63,905 nt of DNA from positions 1 to 63,905 of IMG/VR virus record IMGVR_UViG_3300023180_000052. One strand, given 5' to 3'. Under the pieces are notes generated by a model that did not search any database, was not told where the DNA came from, and was given only the letters and a program-made list of their open reading frames with translations. The DNA is from a virus. Lineage: Duplodnaviria > Caudoviricetes. Numbering within the stretch: position 1 is the first letter of the stretch; each line of letters begins with the position of its first letter. Positions 29,091 to 38,523 of the stretch are shown here, piece by piece. Both the position numbers and the translations under genes were made by a program.

Positions 29091-32000
29091 ATGAGATATG
29101 CAAGTAAAGAAGAAGTGGCTAAAGGGATTCTCCCTGTTATGAACCCTCTGTTCAATCTTAGAGAAATTTGTAAGCAGTCTGCTCTTTTGGAAGATCATCT
29201 CAATAACCCAAGAAAGAGATGCCCCGACTGTATTAGGAAGCATTTCTTAACCATTGAAGCATTTTATGAGGAAGCTGTCTCTCTTGATAAAGAGTTCAAG
29301 TTTGATGAGTACCTAGACGGCAAGGCTGAAATGATGAGGGAGCTTCAAGCTGAGTGGCTTGACGCAAGAGATACTAAGAAATATGGAGATGTTTGTACTG
29401 ACATTTCACAGAGACTTAGAGTCATTAGAAAAGACTTTGCCCCTGAGTGTTTTGATCTCAGGAAGATGGCTAGTCTGAGAGAAATAAAAGCACCTAACCT
29501 CTGCCGTCACATGAAGCTTTCTTCAAAAGATTATAGTGACTTTGAAGACCACATGGACATCATTTTACATAACTTCAATAAAGGTAAGAATACTCTTTAT
29601 GTTGATATTGAAATGGAGAATGCAGATTACTTTGGGTCTTTTGACGGTTTTTTCCCTCCTGAAAAACCCTCTCATATTAAGGGTCTTTACCTTTTGGCTA
29701 GAAATGAAATGCCACGCCAATACGAGACGAGTTTGATGGGTGCTGAGTACTTCTACAAGTCTGAGTATATCCCTATGGTAGAGGCTATAATCAAGGGCTT
29801 GAAAAAAGAAATAGAAGAGATTGAGGAAGAATACCCAAATAACTCGGTGACTTTTCGCCTCGAAGAACATCTTGAGGACTTTCAAGATCAGCTTAAAAAA
29901 CTAAAGAGAAATAGAATGGCTACCCTCTCTCAGACCGAGAAAGAGGAACGGGAAATGGAACGGCTTGTTAAGAAGAAGCCAAAGAAGAAGCCACCTCGTA
30001 AAGACCTCATGCGTAAGCGTGTAAAGGTTGAGGACAAAGACCTTGAAAACTTAGGGGCAGGTGCAGGGGGTGATAGAGACTTGTCTATGAACCATAAGCG
30101 AGTGGCTCATCTAGTTGCGTCACGCTACTTAAGAAAGTTGGCAGAGGAAGGCGAGCAAAAAAAAAAAGAACCTAACTCAGACTTTTATAATCAAGCAGTT
30201 GAGGAGCTAAGTCGTAGTGACAGGCAACTCTATGACTCTGAAGCAGAAAATGGAGGTCAGGTCAAGTTTACGACAGCTATCTCCTATGACTCTAAGAGCA
30301 AGGGTTATCAGCAGGCTCAGAAAGCGATAGCGTCTTTAGCAAAAACTAAGCAAAAAGCTAAGGTTTCTGAAGAAGCCACTAAGCGTAAAGTAGAAAAGGC
30401 AAAGAAGAAGAAGACAAGAGTAGGTCTTAAAAAAGTTTTAGGTGAAGACCCTATGACTTTTGTCTTGCTCGCTCAAAATGGTAGCCCTACTAATGAGGCT
30501 GATGAGTTTATCGAAGCCATCGCAGAAATGACACTTTCCGAGAACTTTGAGGACAGCGTTGGGTTTCCTGCTGTTGAAGTTTTGAGCCAAGGAGAAAAGG
30601 CTAATCGTGACAGTCAGCTATATAAGCTCAACCAACAACTTGAGGGAGCTACAGACGAGACAGTTAAAGAATCTTTAGAGGGTCAGATTCAAGACCTCAA
30701 AGAGAAGTTCCACGAGGAAGATTCTGATAGAAATGAGAGAAACCTAGAGGCTCGTAAGGAAAAAGTAAAAGAGCTTTTAGCAGGGGCGAAAGACGTTTTT
30801 GGGTTAGAAGCGAAACGGAAAGCTAAAGAAGATCGACTCGCTGAGTTAGAAAGTAAGTTAGAAGGTCAGACTCAAGAGGGTCAAGAAGGTCAGGGTCAAG
30901 AGGGGCAAGAGGGAAATCAGCAATCTACAGAAGAAATACAGAACGAGATAAAACAACTTAAGAAAGAGCTAGGCATTTCAGACGAGGAATTCCCTCATTA
31001 TCATAGTCGGCAACAAGATGGAGAAGACTCTAAAGCGAAGTCTCTTAAAGAAGAGAGTCTAGCTGTCCTTGAGGGAGATACGGAAGACGCTCGGAAATTG
31101 GCTGAGGAAAGCCCAACGCTCAAATTCTTACAGGATTTACATAAGGCGAACACCTCTACACAGATTTCTGATGAAGAAGACACTTTAGAACGTAGAGAAG
31201 CAGACCTAATTAAGAGAGACTTTGCTACCAAGCTGAAATCAGCAGTCGGTCAACTAGAAGTTTTTGGTGACTCACGACTCCGTAGGGCAGTTGATAAGAT
31301 TATAAGTGAGCTAGATGATCTACCTGCCGACAAGATGCAGAAAGTCCAAGAGGGGTTCTTTGAGGCTTCTAAGAACTTGTCAGACGCTTTTATGGGGCAA
31401 TCTTCGTTTACTGACTCTGTTTCTGCGATAAAACAAGCGATTGAAGATAACGACTACGAAGACAAAATTAGTGGTAGCTCTCAACCTAGTGACATAGGGG
31501 CAACCATTGCTACTATGGCGATGAAAGCCGCATTCTTAGATAACTTCGATTATGGAGTTCCCTCTGACGATGACCTAACCATTACTTCCACAGATAGTAA
31601 TGGTAGGACAGACAGCGTTATCAACTCGGCTAAAGTTGAGGGTTTGGTTGCTTCTCAAGCATTAAGGTTTAGAGGGACAAGAGATGATGACAAAGACAGG
31701 AGGACGGAGGCTCTAGCAAGTTATAAAAAGAAAATGCAAGAGGCAATAGACCAAGGAAATGATGCTTCTGTAGCTAAGTATAGAGCGTCTTATAACGGAG
31801 TGCTTGCGGCGAAGCTGATGGAGGGTGATGCAGATGTCCCCGCAGGTCTTGCTAAAGTAGATTCCTTTTTCTTAGAACACGCCCGACAATCGAATCACCC
31901 CACAGCAATACAGTTAGTCGCAGAGCTTGCACAGAGTGGGTCTGTTTCAGACCCTAGAATAAGACGTAAAAAGCTAGAATACCTTAACGAGCTAGACCAC

Positions 32001-33116
32001 GATAACTTTGCCCAAGCTGTTGGAGGTGATCGTGGTGACTTTACAGACTTGATGGAAGTGATTGACCCTGAGTATTGTCCCGACATTCCTTTGAACGGAG
32101 ACTCGGCAGGTCGTAAAGTACCTACCAAGGATTGTCCTGTACCCGTAGCACCTGAAATCAGAAAGGCTATCCGAGAAACCATTTCTAAAATGGTTGTGGA
32201 TTTGTACTCGATAGACCCAAGTGGAGACTTCCGAAATAGCAAAGGAGGTCGTGGTGGTTTTGGTGACGATGATGATGAAGGTTCAGAGTCAACGAAAGCC
32301 TACGACAAGCTACTGAAAACAAATAAAAAAGAGTTAATCAAGGCTCTTGGTATGCCTACAGGCGAAGCTAGAGAGAAAGCACTTGCTTGGCTTATGTTTC
32401 AGATGAGGAAGGCTAGTTTTGAACATAAATTTAGCTTTAGTGATTCTTTCTCAGAGCTTGATAAGGCAGAGAAGGGACTTGATGAAAAGAAGCTACTAGA
32501 GTTCAGAGTAAAAAAGCTCAAAGAGTTGTTTGAGAAGGCGAATGAGGGCGACAATGTTGAAACTATTAACAAAGTCTTAGAACAGATCGAGGAAGAACTG
32601 AACACTGAAACAAGCAGTGGAGGCTATAGTAATAGGTTTAGTCGTCGTGCAAGTGCAAGACGCATCGCTTCAGTTAAATTTGTAGCTCAGAAATTTATTT
32701 CTAATACTATGTTTATATCTACCTGCTTATCTAGTGACCCCGAAGGAGATACACCTATGCGTAGACAAGCTACATCTTATGTAGATTATCAGCAGAGAGC
32801 ACGCCAGTTTGAGATTGGTATGCGTGTGTACCCCTATTTCGGAGGGAAGCCTGACAAGTCAGGTGTAGTAGTTCAGATTTTCCCTGCTATCGGCATGGTC
32901 GATGTCCAATTCCCTCATGGAGTTTCACGATACCCTGTAGAGGATTTAGTCTTAGATACTTCAGGTGACTATGAGAACTTAGCAAATACCCCCGACTCTA
33001 TCCCTGGCGGTAGAGGGGTCGTTCCCGTTTCTTCGGGTTCTGCTAAATCTCTTATAACTGATAGTTCTAAGAAGCGTGTTGCGAGCCTCTACATGAAAAA
33101 ACTTATGAGGAGATAA
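29091..33116 (+). CDS. Large multi-module head-associated protein
   Basis: Between portal and protease; modules separated by RKMAS, RVA..VASRYLRKLA, RRASARRIAS. Confidence 0.7.
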   Translation: MRYASKEEVAKGILPVMNPLFNLREICKQSALLEDHLNNPRKRCPDCIRKHFLTIEAFYEEAVSLDKEFKFDEYLDGKAEMMRELQAEWLDARDTKKYGDVCTDISQRLRVIRKDFAPECFDLRKMASLREIKAPNLCRHMKLSSKDYSDFEDHMDIILHNFNKGKNTLYVDIEMENADYFGSFDGFFPPEKPSHIKGLYLLARNEMPRQYETSLMGAEYFYKSEYIPMVEAIIKGLKKEIEEIEEEYPNNSVTFRLEEHLEDFQDQLKKLKRNRMATLSQTEKEEREMERLVKKKPKKKPPRKDLMRKRVKVEDKDLENLGAGAGGDRDLSMNHKRVAHLVASRYLRKLAEEGEQKKKEPNSDFYNQAVEELSRSDRQLYDSEAENGGQVKFTTAISYDSKSKGYQQAQKAIASLAKTKQKAKVSEEATKRKVEKAKKKKTRVGLKKVLGEDPMTFVLLAQNGSPTNEADEFIEAIAEMTLSENFEDSVGFPAVEVLSQGEKANRDSQLYKLNQQLEGATDETVKESLEGQIQDLKEKFHEEDSDRNERNLEARKEKVKELLAGAKDVFGLEAKRKAKEDRLAELESKLEGQTQEGQEGQGQEGQEGNQQSTEEIQNEIKQLKKELGISDEEFPHYHSRQQDGEDSKAKSLKEESLAVLEGDTEDARKLAEESPTLKFLQDLHKANTSTQISDEEDTLERREADLIKRDFATKLKSAVGQLEVFGDSRLRRAVDKIISELDDLPADKMQKVQEGFFEASKNLSDAFMGQSSFTDSVSAIKQAIEDNDYEDKISGSSQPSDIGATIATMAMKAAFLDNFDYGVPSDDDLTITSTDSNGRTDSVINSAKVEGLVASQALRFRGTRDDDKDRRTEALASYKKKMQEAIDQGNDASVAKYRASYNGVLAAKLMEGDADVPAGLAKVDSFFLEHARQSNHPTAIQLVAELAQSGSVSDPRIRRKKLEYLNELDHDNFAQAVGGDRGDFTDLMEVIDPEYCPDIPLNGDSAGRKVPTKDCPVPVAPEIRKAIRETISKMVVDLYSIDPSGDFRNSKGGRGGFGDDDDEGSESTKAYDKLLKTNKKELIKALGMPTGEAREKALAWLMFQMRKASFEHKFSFSDSFSELDKAEKGLDEKKLLEFRVKKLKELFEKANEGDNVETINKVLEQIEEELNTETSSGGYSNRFSRRASARRIASVKFVAQKFISNTMFISTCLSSDPEGDTPMRRQATSYVDYQQRARQFEIGMRVYPYFGGKPDKSGVVVQIFPAIGMVDVQFPHGVSRYPVEDLVLDTSGDYENLANTPDSIPGGRGVVPVSSGSAKSLITDSSKKRVASLYMKKLMRR
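32757..33116 (+). CDS. Probable in-frame internal start product (119 aa)
   Basis: AAGGAG RBS before in-frame ATG 32757 and an upstream motif at 32705-32716. Confidence 0.6.
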   Translation: MRRQATSYVDYQQRARQFEIGMRVYPYFGGKPDKSGVVVQIFPAIGMVDVQFPHGVSRYPVEDLVLDTSGDYENLANTPDSIPGGRGVVPVSSGSAKSLITDSSKKRVASLYMKKLMRR

Positions 33117-33119
33117 AAT

Positions 33120-34520
33120 ATGGGATTTCTAAAGTACGCAAAAGCTGAGGTAGTACGACCTCAGCTACATGGGCTAGAATGGGATAAGATTCGAGTTGCT
33201 TCGGGGGCGAAAAAGCTCGACATTTCTCTCAAGAAAAAAGCCGAGGAAATACTTGGCGAGCCTTTTACACCTGATCGTTTCCTCTTAACTCACTCGACAA
33301 TCGTCTGCTCTGTAGACGCTGTTTCTGTTCCTAATACTAAGACAGGTTCGGTTGAGGAAGAGGGTCAGCAGATCAACAGGAAATACGCAGACTACCGAGT
33401 CACCTCAGAGACAGATAAGTACATCAATAACAACCTCGACTGTTGGTCAAGAGGGGTTATCAAGAAGTCTTATAAGACTTTTGTAGGGGCTCATAATTTT
33501 GTGGAACACGTTCAAGTCGAAGAACTTTCTAAAGGGCGTATTATTGACGCTGTTCTTAGAGATGTTGGTGAGTCTATTTATGTGGATATTCTTGTAGCCA
33601 CAGATAGAAAACACGAGGACTTAGTTCGCCAAATCTTATCAGGCGAAATGAACGCTATGTCTATGGGGTGTTCTGTAGACTTTACTATTTGTACGAAATG
33701 TGGACACGTTGCGGCAGATGAGCCACAGATGTGTAAACACGTTAAGTATGAAAAGGGAAATTGGTTCTACGATGAGAGTGGAAATAAGCACCGAGTTGCA
33801 GAGCTTTGTGGTCACGAGACTACGGGTGAAACAGCAGGTGTCACTTTCATTGAAGCGTCTTGGGTTGCAGTTCCTGCCTTTAAGGGAGCTGTCGCTAGAA
33901 ATACGCTTGAAATACCTTCGACTGATGCTAACCCACAGGAAGCTACTCTTAATGAAGTTCCTGCTCAATGGTTAAGCAAGTCAGCTTCTTCTAAGCTCGG
34001 ATTTGATTTCGGAGATGAAGAAGAAGAAGAAAAAGAAGAAGAACCAAAGGTAGACCCTGACGCATCAATCTTAGATCAACTTGAGGGCGTTGTTACTGAG
34101 GCTTTAATCGAGAGACTTCGTAAGAAGCTCGATAATGAGATTAAGCAAAGCCTTGTCGAAAAAGCAGTTAACCTTCCTGCAACTTCTGACGCTACTCAAA
34201 CAGACGATACGATCATTAAAGAGGGTACAAATAAGCGTAAAGAGACTCTTTACCTTATGGCTCTTGATCGTGCTGTGAAAATCGCTTCTTCTCAGAGACA
34301 AGCGATTGAAAACATCAGACTTGTCAATGACAGGTTTGACGTTTATCTTCCTTCTTATTTATACAAGATAGCAGGACAAATAAAAACTGCTGACAAGTAT
34401 AGTAAGGTCGGTAGTTTTATTTCTGACGCTGAACGTGTTCATGGTCAGAAATTGACTCAAAAAGATTCCCTTCGCTTGGTGCGACTTTCCAAGCTTCTTT
34501 CATTCATACACGGGCGATAA
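33120..34520 (+). CDS. Prohead maturation protease with Zn-finger insertion
   Basis: FVEH, GRIIDA, AMSMGC, CTKC..C.H, FIEASWVAVPAF resemble the HK97/assemblin-fold serine protease pattern; canonical position. Confidence 0.75.
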   Translation: MGFLKYAKAEVVRPQLHGLEWDKIRVASGAKKLDISLKKKAEEILGEPFTPDRFLLTHSTIVCSVDAVSVPNTKTGSVEEEGQQINRKYADYRVTSETDKYINNNLDCWSRGVIKKSYKTFVGAHNFVEHVQVEELSKGRIIDAVLRDVGESIYVDILVATDRKHEDLVRQILSGEMNAMSMGCSVDFTICTKCGHVAADEPQMCKHVKYEKGNWFYDESGNKHRVAELCGHETTGETAGVTFIEASWVAVPAFKGAVARNTLEIPSTDANPQEATLNEVPAQWLSKSASSKLGFDFGDEEEEEKEEEPKVDPDASILDQLEGVVTEALIERLRKKLDNEIKQSLVEKAVNLPATSDATQTDDTIIKEGTNKRKETLYLMALDRAVKIASSQRQAIENIRLVNDRFDVYLPSYLYKIAGQIKTADKYSKVGSFISDAERVHGQKLTQKDSLRLVRLSKLLSFIHGR

Positions 34521-34551
34521 GCCCACCCCCCCACAAGAAAGGATATTTCTC

Positions 34552-36336
34552 ATGGCTAGAAATAATCGCTTCCGCAGGGCTAACTCAGGGCTCCCTGGTT
34601 ATGATAACCTTGGCTTTGAGAGTTTCGGACACCCTGCTTCACAGGCACAGCCTTCTGTTGATTCTTATGGCATTGACTCCGAGTTCGGAGAAGGTGTACG
34701 CAAAGGTCCATATAAGAGTGGTCCTGCACCTGCTTCTTATGCTTGGACTCCCGATCACCCTGCGGCAGATGATGAGATCATTGACGATTTCGCAGAGACT
34801 CGTGATCTTTACGAGCAGAATCTGAAACTCGCTATGGAGCGTAAAGCGGCAAAGTGCATCGAGATCGCTGAGAGCCGTCTTGGTAAGACTGCTTCACAGG
34901 GTGAGATCGAAGACCTCGCACTTCGCTACATGGACTTGCCTTCTCGTCAGATTAACGCAAAGCTTCAGAGCCTTGCTTCTGATTTCCTAGCAGGTGACGA
35001 AATGCAAGAAGCTACAGGCTATGAGGGCGATGATGTCGGCCCTGGCAACGTAACTGCTGAAGACACCACCGTTGCTGAAGACCTCGCTGAGGAAATCGCA
35101 ATGCTTAAAGCGGCTAACGCTCGTCTTACTCGTCAAATGCGTAGACTCGCTGAAGATGTTGTCCAAAAAGAGACAGGCTACGAGGGTACTGATGAGAGCG
35201 TAGAGACTCTTGACTCAACTGAGTCTGAGGGTCCAACCAAGAAGCTCGCTTCTGAGGCAATGGCTGAGGACATGGCTATTCTTTCTGAAATGATGGCTGA
35301 GGCGGCTCACATGGGCGATTCAGCTCGTATGGCTGAGATCATGGCTGAAATGGATCTTGTAGCTAAGACTTATCAGAAGCACAATGCTTATGGTGAGGCG
35401 GCTCCAGGCTTCGGTTATCAAGACCCTGATACTCGTGCTGAGAACCGTTCTACAGGAAATAAGGATTGGAACAAGAAGACCAAGCATTTCCACAACCTCA
35501 ACTATTACACAGCAAACAAAGAGCTTTGGAAGAAGGCAGACTTCATGGCTTCTGACATTCTTAGCGATGAGGAGTTTGCTGAGGTAATGGCAGAAATGGA
35601 AGCAATGGCTTCTGAGGAAATGGCAGGTGGTAAGGGTTCAGGTGGTAACTCTAAGGGTTCACGCAAAGTCATCAATCAGTATGGCGAAGCGGCTCCAGGC
35701 TTCGGTTATCAAGACCCTGACGTTCGTGCTCAGAATCGTGCCAACAGAGATAGTGATTGGAACAAGAAGACCAAAGAGTTCTACAACAAGAACTACTACT
35801 CTGAGAATCGTGGCAAGATTGAAGGTTGGCCTACCCCTGCTAATCCTCGTGTAGCTGAAATGGAAATGGCTGACGATCAGCTTGCGTCTGAAGAGCAGGC
35901 GATGCTTGACGAGATGCTCGCTGAAATGGAGAGCATGGCTAATCAGAATACCATGATGGCTTCTGACGAGGTGGCTTCTGACGAGGTGGCTTCTGACGAG
36001 GTGGCTTCTCACCACATGAGCGAGAGCGTTGAGTCTAGTGACATCATGGGTCTTGACCTTATGTCTGACGAAATGGGTCTTGACCCTAAGCTCGCTCGCA
36101 TCTTCCAAGCCGCTGAGGAAGTAGCTGAGGATTCTGAGGCTTCTGAGGAAGTAGCTGAGGAGACTGCTGAGGAAGCTGTTGCTACCAAGAAGTCTGCTTC
36201 TTTCCGTCCACAGACAACTGCTCGCCAAGCGTCTGTTAAGACTCTCGGAAATATTAGCCGTGAAGCAAGCTCTGCTTCTGACGAACTCAGCAAGCTTTGG
36301 GAGTCTGCTCCTGACGTTTCTAAGTTCTTCGGCTAA
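34552..36336 (+). CDS. Scaffold-like acidic protein
   Basis: E/A/M-rich low complexity, between protease and capsid genes. Confidence 0.6.
   Translation: MARNNRFRRANSGLPGYDNLGFESFGHPASQAQPSVDSYGIDSEFGEGVRKGPYKSGPAPASYAWTPDHPAADDEIIDDFAETRDLYEQNLKLAMERKAAKCIEIAESRLGKTASQGEIEDLALRYMDLPSRQINAKLQSLASDFLAGDEMQEATGYEGDDVGPGNVTAEDTTVAEDLAEEIAMLKAANARLTRQMRRLAEDVVQKETGYEGTDESVETLDSTESEGPTKKLASEAMAEDMAILSEMMAEAAHMGDSARMAEIMAEMDLVAKTYQKHNAYGEAAPGFGYQDPDTRAENRSTGNKDWNKKTKHFHNLNYYTANKELWKKADFMASDILSDEEFAEVMAEMEAMASEEMAGGKGSGGNSKGSRKVINQYGEAAPGFGYQDPDVRAQNRANRDSDWNKKTKEFYNKNYYSENRGKIEGWPTPANPRVAEMEMADDQLASEEQAMLDEMLAEMESMANQNTMMASDEVASDEVASDEVASHHMSESVESSDIMGLDLMSDEMGLDPKLARIFQAAEEVAEDSEASEEVAEETAEEAVATKKSASFRPQTTARQASVKTLGNISREASSASDELSKLWESAPDVSKFFG
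35957..36009 (+). repeat. 15-bp coding tandem repeat (VASDE)
   Basis: tggcttctgacgagg x3 plus partial. Confidence 0.95.
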
Positions 36337-36482
36337 GAAATGTAATAAAGGTTCTTTTAGTTCCTTTATAATGACACGCTTTATTATTGAAACCCTTTCG
36401 GGGGGTTGGGACTTTCCCTCCCCTTTCTTAACACACACTACTCTCTTGGAAACAGAGAGTATGAGCTTCTAGGAGAAATACT

Positions 36483-37109
36483 ATGGCTCTACTTGGACAA
36501 GCTAGTGGTGGGTTTACTGAGTCAAGTTCGGCTCTCAGAATTCTGCACGTTGGTGTTCGTAACACTGTCGGTCAGCTTTCTGCGAACGCATTCACTCAGA
36601 CTAACCCCCCAATTTCATCAACCGGTGCGGCTATGCCTGAAATCAATAAAACTGAGGCTTCAGGTCTTCTTGACGGTCTAGTTCGTGGCGTACTTAGTGG
36701 TTCTGTTGCTTTCGCTCAGAATACAGGCTCTAACGAGCATGGTGGACCTCAGAATGCCGTTGCTGTTCTTGGTGTCTTCCTCAACAATGCCGCAGGAAAT
36801 GCCTTTGAGAATCAACCTGGCGTTGCTTCTAACAGAGGACCTTACGTTTCAGCTCAGGGTACTTATGGAAATAAGCTCTATGAGACTAAAGGTGATCTTT
36901 CTAATGTTGCTGGAGCTACTGACTTTACTTACTCTGTAGGTGATAGACTTATCGCTTCTGTTAACGGTTATCTTACATCTGCTGATAATGGTACTGTTAC
37001 AGACGCTGACGCATTCGGTGGTGCTAAAGCTTCTGCTACCACTATCGGTATTCTTAAAATTGTTCCTGACTCAAACTCTGATGAGTTAGTCTACGACCAA
37101 CGCATCTGA
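36483..37109 (+). CDS. Probable head decoration (cement) protein
   Basis: G/A/T-rich 208 aa directly before the capsid gene, strong RBS and biased codons. Confidence 0.6.
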   Translation: MALLGQASGGFTESSSALRILHVGVRNTVGQLSANAFTQTNPPISSTGAAMPEINKTEASGLLDGLVRGVLSGSVAFAQNTGSNEHGGPQNAVAVLGVFLNNAAGNAFENQPGVASNRGPYVSAQGTYGNKLYETKGDLSNVAGATDFTYSVGDRLIASVNGYLTSADNGTVTDADAFGGAKASATTIGILKIVPDSNSDELVYDQRI

Positions 37110-37128
37110 TATTAGAAAGGAGCCTACA

Positions 37129-38007
37129 ATGAGTAATACAGTTGATAACGCAGTAAAGCAGAAGATCATTGCTGACTACATCAAGACCCCACAGGGTCGT
37201 AGCAAGCTAGCCGCTTCAATGACACAACCACTTCGTCTTCGTCGTGACTATACGAGTGTTGGTCGTAAGACTTTCCTCGTAGAGCAACTTCCTGATGGTG
37301 CTTTGCCGATCTACGACAAAGACCCTGACGTAACTGCTTTCGTAGTTGGTGAAGAAGGCGAGAACATTCTTGCTATCACCAAGCCACGTCGTGTCATTTT
37401 CCCTCTCTTTGAGATCGCTTCTAACCCTGAGATTCCATTGACTCAGATTAAGGAAAGACGCTTCGATCTTATCGAGAGAGCACAGGATTTGGCTCGTGCT
37501 CAGATTCAGGCGGCAGAGGACGAGCGTGTATTCGCTATCCTCGATGCTGTTGCGACTCAGGGCTTCGACTCAATCGCAGGTCAGACTAACGCTGACATTC
37601 CTGTTATCGCTCCTCTTAACGGTGCTGTTCTCGCTGACGCATACGCTCAGATTGAGCGTCACGATCTTCGTGTAGCTCGTGTCTTTATGAATGCTCGTGA
37701 CTACGCTGACATCCGTAAGTTTGGTCGTGATATTCTTGACATCGAGAGCCAAGCGGCTCTCCTCAAGACAGGTCTTCAGGCTACCCTTTGGGGTGCTCAG
37801 ATTATCACTAGCCGTCTCGTTCCTGTTGGAACTGTTTACGTCTGCTGTGAGCCTGAGATGTTCGGTCGTATTCCTGTTCGTACCGAGCTTACCGTTCTCT
37901 CTGCTGACGATCCAAAGGCTCGTACAATTGGATTCAGCGTATTTGAGAATTTGGGTATTGGAGCCTACAACCCTAAGGGTCTAGCTCGCCTTACCGTTAC
38001 TCGCTAA
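37129..38007 (+). CDS. Major capsid protein (HK97 fold)
   Basis: Position, strong codon bias, FEIASNP, IQAAEDERVF, LWGAQII pattern; followed by a terminator. Confidence 0.82.
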   Translation: MSNTVDNAVKQKIIADYIKTPQGRSKLAASMTQPLRLRRDYTSVGRKTFLVEQLPDGALPIYDKDPDVTAFVVGEEGENILAITKPRRVIFPLFEIASNPEIPLTQIKERRFDLIERAQDLARAQIQAAEDERVFAILDAVATQGFDSIAGQTNADIPVIAPLNGAVLADAYAQIERHDLRVARVFMNARDYADIRKFGRDILDIESQAALLKTGLQATLWGAQIITSRLVPVGTVYVCCEPEMFGRIPVRTELTVLSADDPKARTIGFSVFENLGIGAYNPKGLARLTVTR

Positions 38008-38065
38008 TCTTTAAGAAATAGCTAGTAAATAAGCCTACTTAGGTGGGCTTAGGTAATCTCAGATT

Positions 38066-38098
38066 AAACCTCATCTTCTTCGGGAGATGAGGTTTTTT
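38066..38098 (+). terminator. Intrinsic terminator after the capsid gene
   Basis: aaacctcatcttc-ttcg-ggagatgaggttt plus T-run. Confidence 0.9.
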
Positions 38099-38120
38099 CG
38101 TATCTAGGTGAAATAAATCT

Positions 38121-38189
38121 TGACCTCTTTAGGTTCTTAGTGGTACGAATGGTACACAACCAACCACACTAGAACCTAAAGAGAGGTCA
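38121..38189 (+). promoter_or_regulatory. Long inverted repeat covering the RBS of ORF 38194
   Basis: tgacctctttaggttcttagtg ... cactagaacctaaagagaggtca. Confidence 0.7.
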
Positions 38190-38193
38190 GAGA

Positions 38194-38523
38194 ATGAACG
38201 CTTTTGAACGCATATATGAAGGTATCGGGCTTGCCTTAGCAAAGGTAGGATATTTCCTCCTTACTCTTGTGTGCCTGTATCTTTGTGTCGGGTCAGCTTG
38301 CATCTTAGGATTCATTGTAGGGGGTATGCTTGGCTACTTTAGTTTTGACGACTTTGTAGGGTGGGTCTTATGGTATGTGTTCCCCTTACCTCTTGGGTGG
38401 GGGATTTTCGTAGGTGTTTTGTACGCCCTTATCTGTGGGTTTATTGCGTTGTTTGGGGTGACATACGAACTGCTAACTAGAAGAGAACTTAAAGGTGTCC
38501 TATATCACATGGAGTCACTATGA
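38194..38523 (+). CDS. Small membrane protein
   Basis: Two to three hydrophobic helices; ATGA overlap with the next gene. Confidence 0.6.
   Translation: MNAFERIYEGIGLALAKVGYFLLTLVCLYLCVGSACILGFIVGGMLGYFSFDDFVGWVLWYVFPLPLGWGIFVGVLYALICGFIALFGVTYELLTRRELKGVLYHMESL

Noticed and set aside
35659-36438. 259-aa minus-strand ORF
   Set aside because: Antisense shadow of the biased, repetitive scaffold gene
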